Virus record (IMG/VR): IMGVR_UViG_3300021376_000006
DNA length: 64,000 nt
Reading direction: 5' to 3' (one strand)
Source of the DNA: a virus
Taxonomy: Duplodnaviria; Caudoviricetes
A model generated the notes under the pieces. That model saw only the letters and a program-made list of their open reading frames with translations, was not told where the DNA came from and searched no databases. The position numbers and the translations under genes were made by a program. Within the stretch, counting starts at the first letter, position 1. The number at the start of each line of letters is the position of its first letter. Positions 49,283 through 59,368 of this stretch are shown here, one piece after another.

Positions 49283-50745
49283 GTGTAAAAGATTTTTACA
49301 ATAAAGGCTATGTGTATAATGCCCGTTCTCCTTATTTTATAGAAAAAGAAAAACTGTCAAACCAACATTGGCAACGTCTAACTGAAAGCAAAACATTCTG
49401 TATGATGCCCTGGGTTCATATGCATGCATTTCCAGATGGCCGTGCCTATCCGTGTTGTCTTGCAGATTACTGGCATCCAGTTGGAGATTTAAGAAAAAAT
49501 ACCATGGAAGAAGTTTGGAACCAAGACGCATACAAAACCATGCGTCAAAACATGTTAGAGGACAAATCGTGCAAAGAATGTACCAAGTGTTATGAACAAG
49601 AAGCAAATGGTTTCTTTAGTATGCGATACGATAGTAATCGTAATTATGGACATCATATAGCAGAAATAGATCAAACACTGCCAGATGGTACTCATCCAGA
49701 ATTCAAGATAAGGTATTGGGATGTCAGATTTAGCAATCTTTGTAATTTTAGTTGTCGCAGTTGCGGTCCAATTTTTAGTAGCAACTGGTATAATGATCAT
49801 GTTAAACTTTATAATCGTAAGCCCGATGTACTTGGCAGAGACATGGCACGAGTTGAATACACCGCCGGCGATGAAGACGCCATGCTCGAGCAAATGCTCC
49901 CCCATATTCCATATCTTGAACAAGTTTATTTCGCCGGCGGTGAACCTTTAATTATGAAGGAACATTATTTCTTATTAGAAAAGTTAATTGAACATGGCAA
50001 GACAGATATCAGGATTCAATACAATACAAATTTTAGTGAATTGAGATACAAAGATAAACATGTGTTTGACTATTGGAAGCACTTCAAAAACGTCAGCGTA
50101 GGTGCCAGCTTGGATGCCAGCGGAGAGCGTGCTGAACTCATGCGTAAAGGCACAGATTGGTCTCAAACACTAGAGAATCGACGACACATGATGCAAGAAG
50201 TTCCGCATGTTGATTTTTACGTCAGTGCCACTGTAAGTGCTATGAACGTATTACATGTATTAGATTTTCATCGTGAATGGACAGAACTAGGATTAATTCA
50301 AGCTAAAGATTTTAATATTAACTTGTGTCAGAGTCCTAACTGGTATCGTGCAAATATTTTTCCTAAAGAATTTAAAGATCAAGTAATTGTGCCTGCCTAT
50401 AAACGGCATCTTGACTGGCTACGACCAGTTGATTCACTTAAACGAGCTACAAATGGATACGAATCACTATTAAATTTTATTCAAACAAACAATTCAGATA
50501 TACAGGTTAACCTACAGGAATTTGAGTATGAAACTCAAAAAAGTTCGTCGTGGCCAGACTGGGAAGATTTTCAAAAAGGAAAAAGAACTGATGATGAAGA
50601 AATAAACAGAGAAATTGAAGAATTTGTAAAAGAAAAAAAACAAACTATTGAATTTGAAAGCTTTAAAGCACAAATCAAAAAACTAGACAGTGTTAGAAAT
50701 GAAAACTTTTGGAACACATTTCCTGAATTAAATGATCTTGCCTAA
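49279..50745 (+). CDS. Radical SAM protein with N-terminal twitch domain
   Basis: CMMPW...PCC...CTKC, then CNFSCRSC and FAGGEP. Confidence 0.9.
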   Translation: MSVKDFYNKGYVYNARSPYFIEKEKLSNQHWQRLTESKTFCMMPWVHMHAFPDGRAYPCCLADYWHPVGDLRKNTMEEVWNQDAYKTMRQNMLEDKSCKECTKCYEQEANGFFSMRYDSNRNYGHHIAEIDQTLPDGTHPEFKIRYWDVRFSNLCNFSCRSCGPIFSSNWYNDHVKLYNRKPDVLGRDMARVEYTAGDEDAMLEQMLPHIPYLEQVYFAGGEPLIMKEHYFLLEKLIEHGKTDIRIQYNTNFSELRYKDKHVFDYWKHFKNVSVGASLDASGERAELMRKGTDWSQTLENRRHMMQEVPHVDFYVSATVSAMNVLHVLDFHREWTELGLIQAKDFNINLCQSPNWYRANIFPKEFKDQVIVPAYKRHLDWLRPVDSLKRATNGYESLLNFIQTNNSDIQVNLQEFEYETQKSSSWPDWEDFQKGKRTDDEEINREIEEFVKEKKQTIEFESFKAQIKKLDSVRNENFWNTFPELNDLA

Positions 50746-51946
50746 AACAATATGTATGCTTCCATGGGTAAGCATTGAAACCAGTCCTATTGGTACTGCT
50801 AGACCTTGCTGCTTGGCCAGAAACGAAATCACAAACAGTGATGGTAACAAGTTTGATCTTAACAAAGACAATTTAGAAAACATTTATCACAGTGAATACA
50901 TGCAAAATCTTCGTAGACAATTTAGAGCCGGAGAAAAGCCTAGCACTTGTAAATTGTGTTGGGACGAAGAGGCAGCCGGTAGAACAAGTAAAAGAATACA
51001 CAGTAGGGTAAGATTAAAAGAATTATATGAGTTAGTTGATTGGGCAAATGACGATCCGGATCAACTTTGGTTTCTGGATTTAAAGTTGGGAAATATTTGT
51101 AATCTTAAATGTAGAATATGCGGATCTTGGTCTAGCAGTAAATGGGCAGCAGAAGAACTAGATTATATGCCAAAAGATTTTGATAAAAAGTCGCATATTG
51201 CCTATCAGTGGCTACGGCAAGGTGCGTGGCCAAGAAACAAAGATACAAATTTTTGGGATAATCTAAAAACACTATTGCCTAATATCAAGTATCTTGAATT
51301 CACTGGTGGCGAACCTTGGTTAATTGAAGAACACTTTGATTTATTAAAATACGCAGTTGCACAAGGATACAGTAAAAATATTGATATACATTATAATACA
51401 AATGCTACCCAGATGCCCGGAGAGTTTGATGCTGTCATTTGGCAAGAGTTTGGTCGTGTAGATATTGCATTTAGTATTGACAATGTGGGTGCCAGATTTG
51501 AATACGAACGGTACGGCGCTAAATGGGAATTGGCAAATGAAATTATTGATTATGTACATTACAGCCAAGTCACGATGCCAAACATTACTACACAACTTTG
51601 TTTTACCATAAATGTGCAAAATGTTTACTATCTTGATGAATTATTAGCGTGGGCAGATACCAAACCGTTTGGCAGCGTGTATTTTAACATGATGCATAGC
51701 CCAGATCATATGAGTGTACAGCATATGACGCCACAGGCTCAAGACTTGGTTTTAAATAAATTAAAAACTCATTTTTGGCAAAATAAAAATTATTTGAAAG
51801 AAGTTGACAATGTAATAAAATTTATCGAACAAGGCCCAGGTAGTGACGGCTCCGAATTTCGAGAAAAAATGCAAAGAACAGATACTTATAGAAAACAAAA
51901 TTTTAAAAATACACATTCAGAAATAGCATTGGCAATGGGGTATTAA
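50732..51946 (+). CDS. Radical SAM protein with N-terminal twitch domain
   Basis: CMLPW...PCC...CKLCW, then CNLKCRIC and FTGGEP. Confidence 0.9.
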   Translation: MILPKTICMLPWVSIETSPIGTARPCCLARNEITNSDGNKFDLNKDNLENIYHSEYMQNLRRQFRAGEKPSTCKLCWDEEAAGRTSKRIHSRVRLKELYELVDWANDDPDQLWFLDLKLGNICNLKCRICGSWSSSKWAAEELDYMPKDFDKKSHIAYQWLRQGAWPRNKDTNFWDNLKTLLPNIKYLEFTGGEPWLIEEHFDLLKYAVAQGYSKNIDIHYNTNATQMPGEFDAVIWQEFGRVDIAFSIDNVGARFEYERYGAKWELANEIIDYVHYSQVTMPNITTQLCFTINVQNVYYLDELLAWADTKPFGSVYFNMMHSPDHMSVQHMTPQAQDLVLNKLKTHFWQNKNYLKEVDNVIKFIEQGPGSDGSEFREKMQRTDTYRKQNFKNTHSEIALAMGY

Positions 51947-52672
51947 GTGAAAAATTTAATAACAACAGGATGTAGCTTTACAGCAGGCGTGATTCCGTTG
52001 CCTCACGAAAACAAAATAGCTTGGAAAAATCGAGGTAGCGTATGGCCACACTTTTGTTTTGCTGAAATGAATCCTGCACAAGATAAATTTGTTAATTTGG
52101 CTATACCTGGCGGTGGCAACATAGCTGCATTTACCAATTTAATCTATGTGTTAGAAAATAATAAAACATTTACACCTGACAATACGCTCATAGGTATAAA
52201 TTTAACTGGAATGCATCGATATGACGCAATTAGTGATTCTGCAAATGTTCAAGTGAACAAAAATTTGTGTTGTATTGATATCGATGGCATAACACACATT
52301 AGTGATACTTTAGGATTTGGTTGGATCACTGGCAAACATTTTGGTAATCAAAAAGTCGATATTTTATCAGCCGTCACTATTATTCAAGGTCTATCGTATC
52401 TAGAATTGCGTAAATTTAATTATTTTTTTATGTTAATGAATAATGCAATTTATGATTATTCTCCAGAATGGTTTCAACAGGCTTTAGATATAAGAAAATC
52501 CAACTGGATAACATTCAATAAACATATAGGCATGTTTGAATTTGTTCGCAATCTAAATCAAGTAACAGAAGATGGGCATCCAACTACAGATCGGCATAAA
52601 AGAATTAGTGAATTTGTGATCGAGTATATTAAAAATAATTGCAAAAATTATTTAGACAATTATGCAGCATAA
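51947..52672 (+). CDS. SGNH-hydrolase-like protein
   Basis: TTGCSFTAG, PGGGN, DGHPTTDRH; GTG start; AT-rich. Confidence 0.55.
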   Translation: MKNLITTGCSFTAGVIPLPHENKIAWKNRGSVWPHFCFAEMNPAQDKFVNLAIPGGGNIAAFTNLIYVLENNKTFTPDNTLIGINLTGMHRYDAISDSANVQVNKNLCCIDIDGITHISDTLGFGWITGKHFGNQKVDILSAVTIIQGLSYLELRKFNYFFMLMNNAIYDYSPEWFQQALDIRKSNWITFNKHIGMFEFVRNLNQVTEDGHPTTDRHKRISEFVIEYIKNNCKNYLDNYAA

Positions 52673-53951
52673 TTTATGTATGGCACCTTGGACTCATACT
52701 TATTTGAGTCCACAAACTGAACGACGCATGTGTTGTGCCAGTAGAGAACCCGCACAAAATTTTAAACAGTATATTGATAGTGCCGTGGGCACAGGCAAGT
52801 ATATTCCTATAACACTTGAAGAGCATTGGAACAGTGATCATATGCGTAGTGTACGCCGACGCATGATGGCCGGAGAAGTATTACCCGAGTGTGAAGTATG
52901 TAACGATCGATTGTTAAACACAGATGTTTACCGCAGTTATTTTAACAATTTATTTGCCCATAAGTACAAACAAGTAGTAGAAACAACAGACGCTTCGGGA
53001 CACACAACAATGGAGCCTGTTTCATGGGATTACAGATTCAGTAATCTTTGCAATTTCAAATGTCGTATGTGCGGCGACATGTTAAGTAGTTCGTGGGAAA
53101 GCGAACAACGACAACACGAAATGATCGATTGGTCTGATCCCAAGAATTCGTGGATGCGACCTGAAATTAAAAAACAAATTGAACAGTTCCAGACAACTCA
53201 GATTGAAGCAGAGTTTGCAGCAGCAGTAGAGGACCACCGTGTAGAGGAAGTTTATTGGGTGGGAGGAGAACCGTTAATGTATGAACAGCATTGGCGGTAT
53301 ATGCAGCGCATTATAGAACTAGGAGATGGACCACGTGTTTACGCCAGATACAACACTAATCTTAGTCGCGTTGATTATAGAGGTTGTAATCTTTATAAAG
53401 ATGTACTTGCTCATTTGCGCGATTGGCAAATTTGTGCCAGTATCGACGGCACAGGCCAAATTGGAGAATATATCCGAACAGGTCTTGATTATGAAGCATG
53501 GCTTGCAAATTTTAAGACAGGAATTAGATTCTCTACGCACTGTAGGCAAATGAGATTGGACTTTACACTTACCCTACCGGGCATGTTTGAAGTCGTTAAT
53601 ATACAGCAGTTGGGTAATGATTTGGGCGTTGACATCCTTAGTAAGGTTGTCTTTAGTTTCTCGCCGGACATAGTTATGTCACCTTTAGCCCTACCTAGAT
53701 CCATTTTAGATCCCTGGGTAGATGAAATCATAAACGCCGGAGTAGCCGGACCATTAAAGGATACACTAGTTCAGTTACGAACACGCCCTACCTTTCAAGA
53801 GCAATATGGCGAACAAGCTTACCGCATTGGTCTTGTGCAAGGCCGAGCTCGTGTGTTAAAATTAGAAGCTATTCGTAGCCAATCTATTACTATGGATCAA
53901 ATACTTTCAAAGAGAGCAGATGTGTATGAGTGGTGGACTGCCATTGGTTAA
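52662..53951 (+). CDS. Radical SAM protein with N-terminal twitch domain
   Basis: CMAPW...MCC...CEVC, then CNFKCRMC and WVGGEP. Confidence 0.9.
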   Translation: MQHNLCMAPWTHTYLSPQTERRMCCASREPAQNFKQYIDSAVGTGKYIPITLEEHWNSDHMRSVRRRMMAGEVLPECEVCNDRLLNTDVYRSYFNNLFAHKYKQVVETTDASGHTTMEPVSWDYRFSNLCNFKCRMCGDMLSSSWESEQRQHEMIDWSDPKNSWMRPEIKKQIEQFQTTQIEAEFAAAVEDHRVEEVYWVGGEPLMYEQHWRYMQRIIELGDGPRVYARYNTNLSRVDYRGCNLYKDVLAHLRDWQICASIDGTGQIGEYIRTGLDYEAWLANFKTGIRFSTHCRQMRLDFTLTLPGMFEVVNIQQLGNDLGVDILSKVVFSFSPDIVMSPLALPRSILDPWVDEIINAGVAGPLKDTLVQLRTRPTFQEQYGEQAYRIGLVQGRARVLKLEAIRSQSITMDQILSKRADVYEWWTAIG

Positions 53952-55020
53952 AATAGTATTGCGTAATCCGTTAAATTATGCAGATCAAATTGATTATAAT
54001 ATTGTACCTTACGATAATCAATTGGCCGAAGATTGGATTGTTGCTCTTAAAGAATTACTACAAAATAAAAATCTATTAGAAAAAAACTTTTGTTTTTTAG
54101 GATTTCCTAATACAGCAAGAACAGTAGAATATTTGTGCCAACAACTCGATGAAGCGGTAGCAACAATTAATGATTTTTTTAGTGATTATTATATTGATGA
54201 TTTTTACACACCATCCAATGTAATTGCCGATGACTATGCGCCTGATGGTCCTAATCACGAAAAATTAAATAAACTACATAATCATTTTGAAGTGTTACAA
54301 GGCACAGTATGGGAACTCAGTGATTATTATAAACGAGCCAATTATGAAACAAAATATGCTATTAGACAATTAAACAATATTTGTCACGAACTGGAAACTT
54401 TAATTTTAAGTCGAAGAAAATTGGTTACTGTGCCTCAATGGGTGCGTCCTAGTCAAATCACAACATTTATAAATGCCGCTAGATATGATCTAAAAGACGA
54501 ACATAGGAAATTATTTGCAAATAATGGCTACGATCGTGTATTAGGCGGCGTTTACATGCATTGGACACAAATTGGCAAAACGTACTATGAAGTTTTTCGA
54601 GATGAAGGTGCTCCTAATTTGACCGATACTGTGTGTGAAGCAATCACAGATTTGAAATATTACAGTGGCGAGTTTGATATAGAATGGGGTAATGATATGA
54701 TTTATGGCAGTGCAAATGTACCTTGGTATAATCAAGATCAAGATTTATTTAGAGCCTGGATGAGAAATAACGGCAAAGATGCTCTTGATCCAAAATTAAG
54801 TTGTGGATATCTTCCTATAGCACAAGTGGATTTACAAGGGAGTTTTGGAACGTTAGATTATCGAAAAATTTGGGAAATGCTAGGAGGACACCTTGACATC
54901 TATAAAATTGAAGTAGACGGAACAGCTAGTACCTTTGATTATTCATGGGCTGATGCCAATTATAAACAGATGCAAATAGATATGATGAGACCGGGATATG
55001 ATTATAGTAGCAGGCGGTGA
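53920..55020 (+). CDS. Hypothetical protein (start uncertain)
   Basis: 366-aa ORF with LNKLHNHFE, LNNICHELE and VYMHW conserved-looking motifs; no family recognised. Confidence 0.6.
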   Translation: MCMSGGLPLVKIVLRNPLNYADQIDYNIVPYDNQLAEDWIVALKELLQNKNLLEKNFCFLGFPNTARTVEYLCQQLDEAVATINDFFSDYYIDDFYTPSNVIADDYAPDGPNHEKLNKLHNHFEVLQGTVWELSDYYKRANYETKYAIRQLNNICHELETLILSRRKLVTVPQWVRPSQITTFINAARYDLKDEHRKLFANNGYDRVLGGVYMHWTQIGKTYYEVFRDEGAPNLTDTVCEAITDLKYYSGEFDIEWGNDMIYGSANVPWYNQDQDLFRAWMRNNGKDALDPKLSCGYLPIAQVDLQGSFGTLDYRKIWEMLGGHLDIYKIEVDGTASTFDYSWADANYKQMQIDMMRPGYDYSSRR

Positions 55021-55837
55021 CAGTTTTGTGTACGGCAGCGAATTAGCCGACTGTCAGGATAATACCCCGGCTGGAATTTTTGGACACAGTGTTAGTACAT
55101 TTTCGGCATTGATATCAAAAAATGCAGATTACAAATGTGTAGCTTGGCCTGGATATGCCAATGACAGTATCGCAAGAACTGTTATTGCAGAGTCTAGCAA
55201 ACACCCTAAATGTGGAGTTATTGTAAGTTGGACATTCCCGGGGAGGTACGAATTTAGATTCAGTTATGATACAGGACAGAAAAAAAGTCCGTGGTACGCT
55301 TTTAACAGTTGGACTATTCAAAATCCTGATGTTGTTACTAGAGAATTTAGTAAAAAAAATCAATATATCGAAGAAGTATTCAAGCAGCACCATATCAAAG
55401 CCAAACAAACTGGCACATTATTTTTTGCTAAAACATTTTACGAACATGTAGGTAGTAGCGAGTATTGGGAAATCTACAGCACACTTAAAGAAATTGTTTA
55501 CTTGCAAAATTATTTAAAAGTGAACAGTATTCCGTATCTGTTTACCTGTGCAGATAATAGCATATTGTATAACTATACCATAGAGCAGGCAGATGGATAT
55601 ATTACAAGTTTGCAAAAGCAAATTGATTTTAATAATTGGTTTTGGTTTCCAGCCGGAACCAATCAGAATGAAACCAAAACACCAAGAGGATTTTATCAAT
55701 GGGCGGTTGAAAATAAATATCCTGTAGGTACCACACACCCATTAGAACAAGCACATAAAGTGGCAGCAGAATTAATAAAGGACAAATTCAATGAACTGGT
55801 TACGCAACCTTTGGAACAGAGTTCAATTAGAAATTAG
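54998..55837 (+). CDS. SGNH-hydrolase-like protein
   Basis: AGGDSFVYG, PGYAN, THPLEQAH. Confidence 0.6.
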   Translation: MIIVAGGDSFVYGSELADCQDNTPAGIFGHSVSTFSALISKNADYKCVAWPGYANDSIARTVIAESSKHPKCGVIVSWTFPGRYEFRFSYDTGQKKSPWYAFNSWTIQNPDVVTREFSKKNQYIEEVFKQHHIKAKQTGTLFFAKTFYEHVGSSEYWEIYSTLKEIVYLQNYLKVNSIPYLFTCADNSILYNYTIEQADGYITSLQKQIDFNNWFWFPAGTNQNETKTPRGFYQWAVENKYPVGTTHPLEQAHKVAAELIKDKFNELVTQPLEQSSIRN

Positions 55838-55892
55838 ATATAGACGTAAACTACGAGAACTTCGTAAACGCGATCCATTTATTTACAAATGA
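55791..55892 (+). CDS. Unannotated 33-aa basic peptide (MNWLRNLWNRVQLEIRYRRKLRELRKRDPFIYK)
   Basis: AAGGA RBS upstream; ends in an ATGA overlap with the 55889 start; fills the intergenic gap. Confidence 0.7.
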   Translation: MNWLRNLWNRVQLEIRYRRKLRELRKRDPFIYK

Positions 55893-56557
55893 TTAAAAAT
55901 ATCCTATCAGTTGGCGATAGTTTTACTTATGGCGAAGAGCTTAAAAATATTTACAATGCATGGCCATATCAAGTCGGTAAAATTTTAAATGCAGACGTGG
56001 TTAATTTAGCCAAACCAGCTGCTAGTAATGACAAAATTTTAAGATTAACCTTAGATTATCTCTTACGAAATAATAATGTTGATTTGGTTTTAATTGGATG
56101 GTCTAATCCTGGTAGAATGGAATTCAGTGATGAACTGGGTTATTATGATGTATGGCCCGGGTATACTGTAGATTCACATCTCTCCAATAATTTCCATTGG
56201 CGGAAAAACATGATAGAATATGTTTCTCAATATCATAATCCACAAGCTTTACATTTAAAATTTATTCAACAAATAATTTTGTTGCAAAGCTATTTAGAAA
56301 GTAAAAAAATCAAGTATGTGATGATGAACATAATGCAAAATGATTATTATAAAAAATTATATTTTGATGGAATCAAGCAATATCATGATCAAATAAACAC
56401 AGACAATTTTTTAGATTTTAATATCAGTGGAATGATAGAATGGACAAAAAATTGTAAACAGGGTTCAAGGGGGCATTTCCTTGAAGACGGCCATACATTG
56501 GTAGCTGGAAAAGTGTTAAACTATGTAAATCAGCAGTGCTGGGCATTGACACCATGA
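55889..56557 (+). CDS. SGNH-hydrolase-like protein
   Basis: SVGDSFTYG, PAASN, GHFLEDGH; AT-rich. Confidence 0.6.
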   Translation: MIKNILSVGDSFTYGEELKNIYNAWPYQVGKILNADVVNLAKPAASNDKILRLTLDYLLRNNNVDLVLIGWSNPGRMEFSDELGYYDVWPGYTVDSHLSNNFHWRKNMIEYVSQYHNPQALHLKFIQQIILLQSYLESKKIKYVMMNIMQNDYYKKLYFDGIKQYHDQINTDNFLDFNISGMIEWTKNCKQGSRGHFLEDGHTLVAGKVLNYVNQQCWALTP

Positions 56558-57201
56558 TCCATGCAATAGGAGATAGTTTCACATACGGTGACGAACTTGA
56601 GTGTAAAAACTTAGCGTGGCCTACGATCTTGTCTAATAAATTACATAAACATGTGGCCAATTTAGGAAGACCTGCAAGTGGAAATACACGTATAGTTAAA
56701 AGATTGATTCACTGTGTTTTAGACAAAAGTGATTTAGTTATTATTGGATGGTCAGATTGTAATAGACAGGAATTTGCCGACGAAATTGGAGTGTATGATA
56801 TATGGGCCGGTAGAAATTACAGAGCCATACAATTAGATGATCCCACCCATCGAATTAATTTAATCAAGTATATAACTGCATACGATGTGCCTGAGTACTA
56901 TTATGCCAATTGGTTAAGACAAATTTTATTGGCTCAAAGTTTTTGTGAAGTTCATAATGTTCCTTGTGTTATGTTTATTGCTTGTGGTTCTCATCAAAGT
57001 CATCAAATTTATCATTCCAAGCACAAAACCTTGATTGATGCAATAGATCATTCAATGTTTGTTGATGGTATGTTTACAAGTGTAGGAGAATGGACCTACG
57101 GTTTGCCACATGGACCCGGTGGCCATCCACTTGAACAAGGCCATGAAATTATAGCAGAAAAAATTTATGAACATATTAGGAATAAGTGCTGGCTTTCATG
57201 A
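56554..57201 (+). CDS. SGNH-hydrolase-like protein
   Basis: AIGDSFTYG, PASGN, GHPLEQGH; start at ATG 56554 (ATGA overlap). Confidence 0.6.
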   Translation: MIHAIGDSFTYGDELECKNLAWPTILSNKLHKHVANLGRPASGNTRIVKRLIHCVLDKSDLVIIGWSDCNRQEFADEIGVYDIWAGRNYRAIQLDDPTHRINLIKYITAYDVPEYYYANWLRQILLAQSFCEVHNVPCVMFIACGSHQSHQIYHSKHKTLIDAIDHSMFVDGMFTSVGEWTYGLPHGPGGHPLEQGHEIIAEKIYEHIRNKCWLS

Positions 57202-58648
57202 CGCTGCTGCCGCAGTAATCAATCGCCAAGGCGATATACTGTATGCAGCGCATAGCGAACGTTACAGCCGGGTCAAAAACGATGCCAATCTTTGTCGTGC
57301 CATGATGGATGATATCATGGATCAGTTTCCTATTGCTCATGTTGCATATTATGAAACTCCGTGGAAGAAACAATTACGAAGATTGTACAGTGAAGAAGGT
57401 ATAGAGTGGAATCGTTTATCTACTCGAAGGATCTTGACAGAACAGTTTGGCAGATGGGCACATATTCCCAGTTACAGTAGTCATAATCATCACATGAGTC
57501 ATGCAGCAGCCGGCTTCCAAACAAGTCCATACAATCGCGCAACAGTAGTAGTCATTGACGCAATTGGTGAGTGGGACACTGTTAGCATATGGGGCGCGGA
57601 GTACGACAGTCGTGGAATAGCCCAATATAAACGACTATGGGGTCAACGATATCCTCATAGTATAGGATTGTTTTATAGCGCAATGACTCAAAGAGTAGGA
57701 TTAAAACCTAACGAAGATGAATACATTTTAATGGGTATGAGCGCATATGGAAGAAACGGTTATGCCAGCACACTACAAGATGAGTTGATTGTAAACGAAT
57801 GGGAAACTACATTTAAACAAAATTTACATGTTGGTATTACAAATGATTTTTTAACAGATGTGCATGACGCAGATTTAGCAGCAGCAGCACAAAAAGTTTT
57901 AGAAAGATTGGTATACAATGTGATGCGTCGAGCAAGAGATTTTGCGTGGAGTGCAAATCTTGTTTATATGGGTGGTGTAGCATTAAACTGTTTGGCAAAT
58001 AGAAACCTTGGAGAATACTTTGAAAATATTTGGATTATGCCTAATCCTGGTGATGCTGGTAGCAGTCTTGGCGCTGCCGCTCTCGCTTATGGGCGTCGTG
58101 TTAATTGGGTCGATGCTTATCTGGGCCACGATATTCCGGGACCATATCCCGTTACACCCATACTTGATAGTTTATTATCTGACGGTATTTGCGGTGTTGC
58201 TAGTGGTCGTGCAGAGTTTGGTCCCCGTGCTTTAGGTAATAGAAGTTTATTAGCGGACCCAAGAGGACCTAACATCAAGGATCGAGTAAATGAAATTAAA
58301 CGCAGACAAAAATTCAGACCTTTTGCCCCTGTCATATTGGAGGAGATGGCTGATCAGTACTTTGATTTCCGCAACGGGTGGCCTAATAGCCGTTATATGC
58401 AGTCAGTCGCTCATTGTTGGTATCCTAGCCGTTTTCCTGCTATCTGCCATGTTGATGGGACCAGTCGAGTACAAACGGTACCAGCAGACGGTTCGGGCAT
58501 CAGACAATTATTGGAAAAATGGTTTGTAATGACTGACTGCCCTATGCTACTAAACACAAGTTTAAATATCAAAGGTGAGCCAATGGTAAATGATCGAGAC
58601 GACGCAGATAGATTTGAAAGTAAATACGGTGTAAAGGTATTTTCATGA
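57167..58648 (+). CDS. Carbamoyltransferase, NodU/CmcH family
   Basis: GFHDAAAA, HHMSHAA, GGVALNC, EFGPRALGNRSLLADP, FRPFAP, HVDGTSRVQTV, LLNTSLN. Confidence 0.95.
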   Translation: MNILGISAGFHDAAAAVINRQGDILYAAHSERYSRVKNDANLCRAMMDDIMDQFPIAHVAYYETPWKKQLRRLYSEEGIEWNRLSTRRILTEQFGRWAHIPSYSSHNHHMSHAAAGFQTSPYNRATVVVIDAIGEWDTVSIWGAEYDSRGIAQYKRLWGQRYPHSIGLFYSAMTQRVGLKPNEDEYILMGMSAYGRNGYASTLQDELIVNEWETTFKQNLHVGITNDFLTDVHDADLAAAAQKVLERLVYNVMRRARDFAWSANLVYMGGVALNCLANRNLGEYFENIWIMPNPGDAGSSLGAAALAYGRRVNWVDAYLGHDIPGPYPVTPILDSLLSDGICGVASGRAEFGPRALGNRSLLADPRGPNIKDRVNEIKRRQKFRPFAPVILEEMADQYFDFRNGWPNSRYMQSVAHCWYPSRFPAICHVDGTSRVQTVPADGSGIRQLLEKWFVMTDCPMLLNTSLNIKGEPMVNDRDDADRFESKYGVKVFS

Positions 58649-59349
58649 GAGTGTTAACAAATGGCTGTAGCTTTAGCAGAGGTCCTGATAGTTGGCCGCA
58701 TGCTTTACAATCAATGTATAATTTTGAATTGATAAATCTCGCACAGTCCGGTGCTGGTAATACTTATATTTTTGAATCTACAGTTACAGAATTATCATTA
58801 AGAAATTACGATGCAGTTATTATTATGTGGTCTCAACCACATAGAATAGATTACAGAACCGTAAAGAATTTTAACACCATTTTTACTTCAAATTTTCAGC
58901 ACAAGCAAAACGATTGGCCTGAAAAAATAATACATCCAGTTAATGATCAAGACTTTGTTCAAAAAGATTGGATTTTTGGTTGTGGGTATTTAAATAACGA
59001 TAAAGAATGTATGAATTTGTTTGATTCATACTATAAGAATGTAAGTTATAATCAAATGGTAGACTCTTTCCTCATAAAGATAATTTCTTTACAAAGTATA
59101 CTAATGCAGCTGGGGGTATTATATATATTTACTTTTTATCAAGATTATGTTTTAGACTTAAAAAGTATAAATGAAAATCTATATAATTTAATCAATTGGA
59201 CGAATTGTTGTACAACAAATAATATATACAGTATCACTAAAAAAAATAATTGGTTTGATAAAGATAAAATACATCCAGGCAAATTAGCTCATTATGAATG
59301 GGCACTAGAACTTAAAAAACATATAAAAGATAAAAAATTAGATTTCTAA
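58645..59349 (+). CDS. SGNH-hydrolase-like protein
   Basis: TNGCSFSRG, QSGAGN, DKIHPGKLAH; AT-rich. Confidence 0.6.
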   Translation: MRVLTNGCSFSRGPDSWPHALQSMYNFELINLAQSGAGNTYIFESTVTELSLRNYDAVIIMWSQPHRIDYRTVKNFNTIFTSNFQHKQNDWPEKIIHPVNDQDFVQKDWIFGCGYLNNDKECMNLFDSYYKNVSYNQMVDSFLIKIISLQSILMQLGVLYIFTFYQDYVLDLKSINENLYNLINWTNCCTTNNIYSITKKNNWFDKDKIHPGKLAHYEWALELKKHIKDKKLDF

Positions 59350-59368
59350 AAAATGGTGAGGTTTTTTC

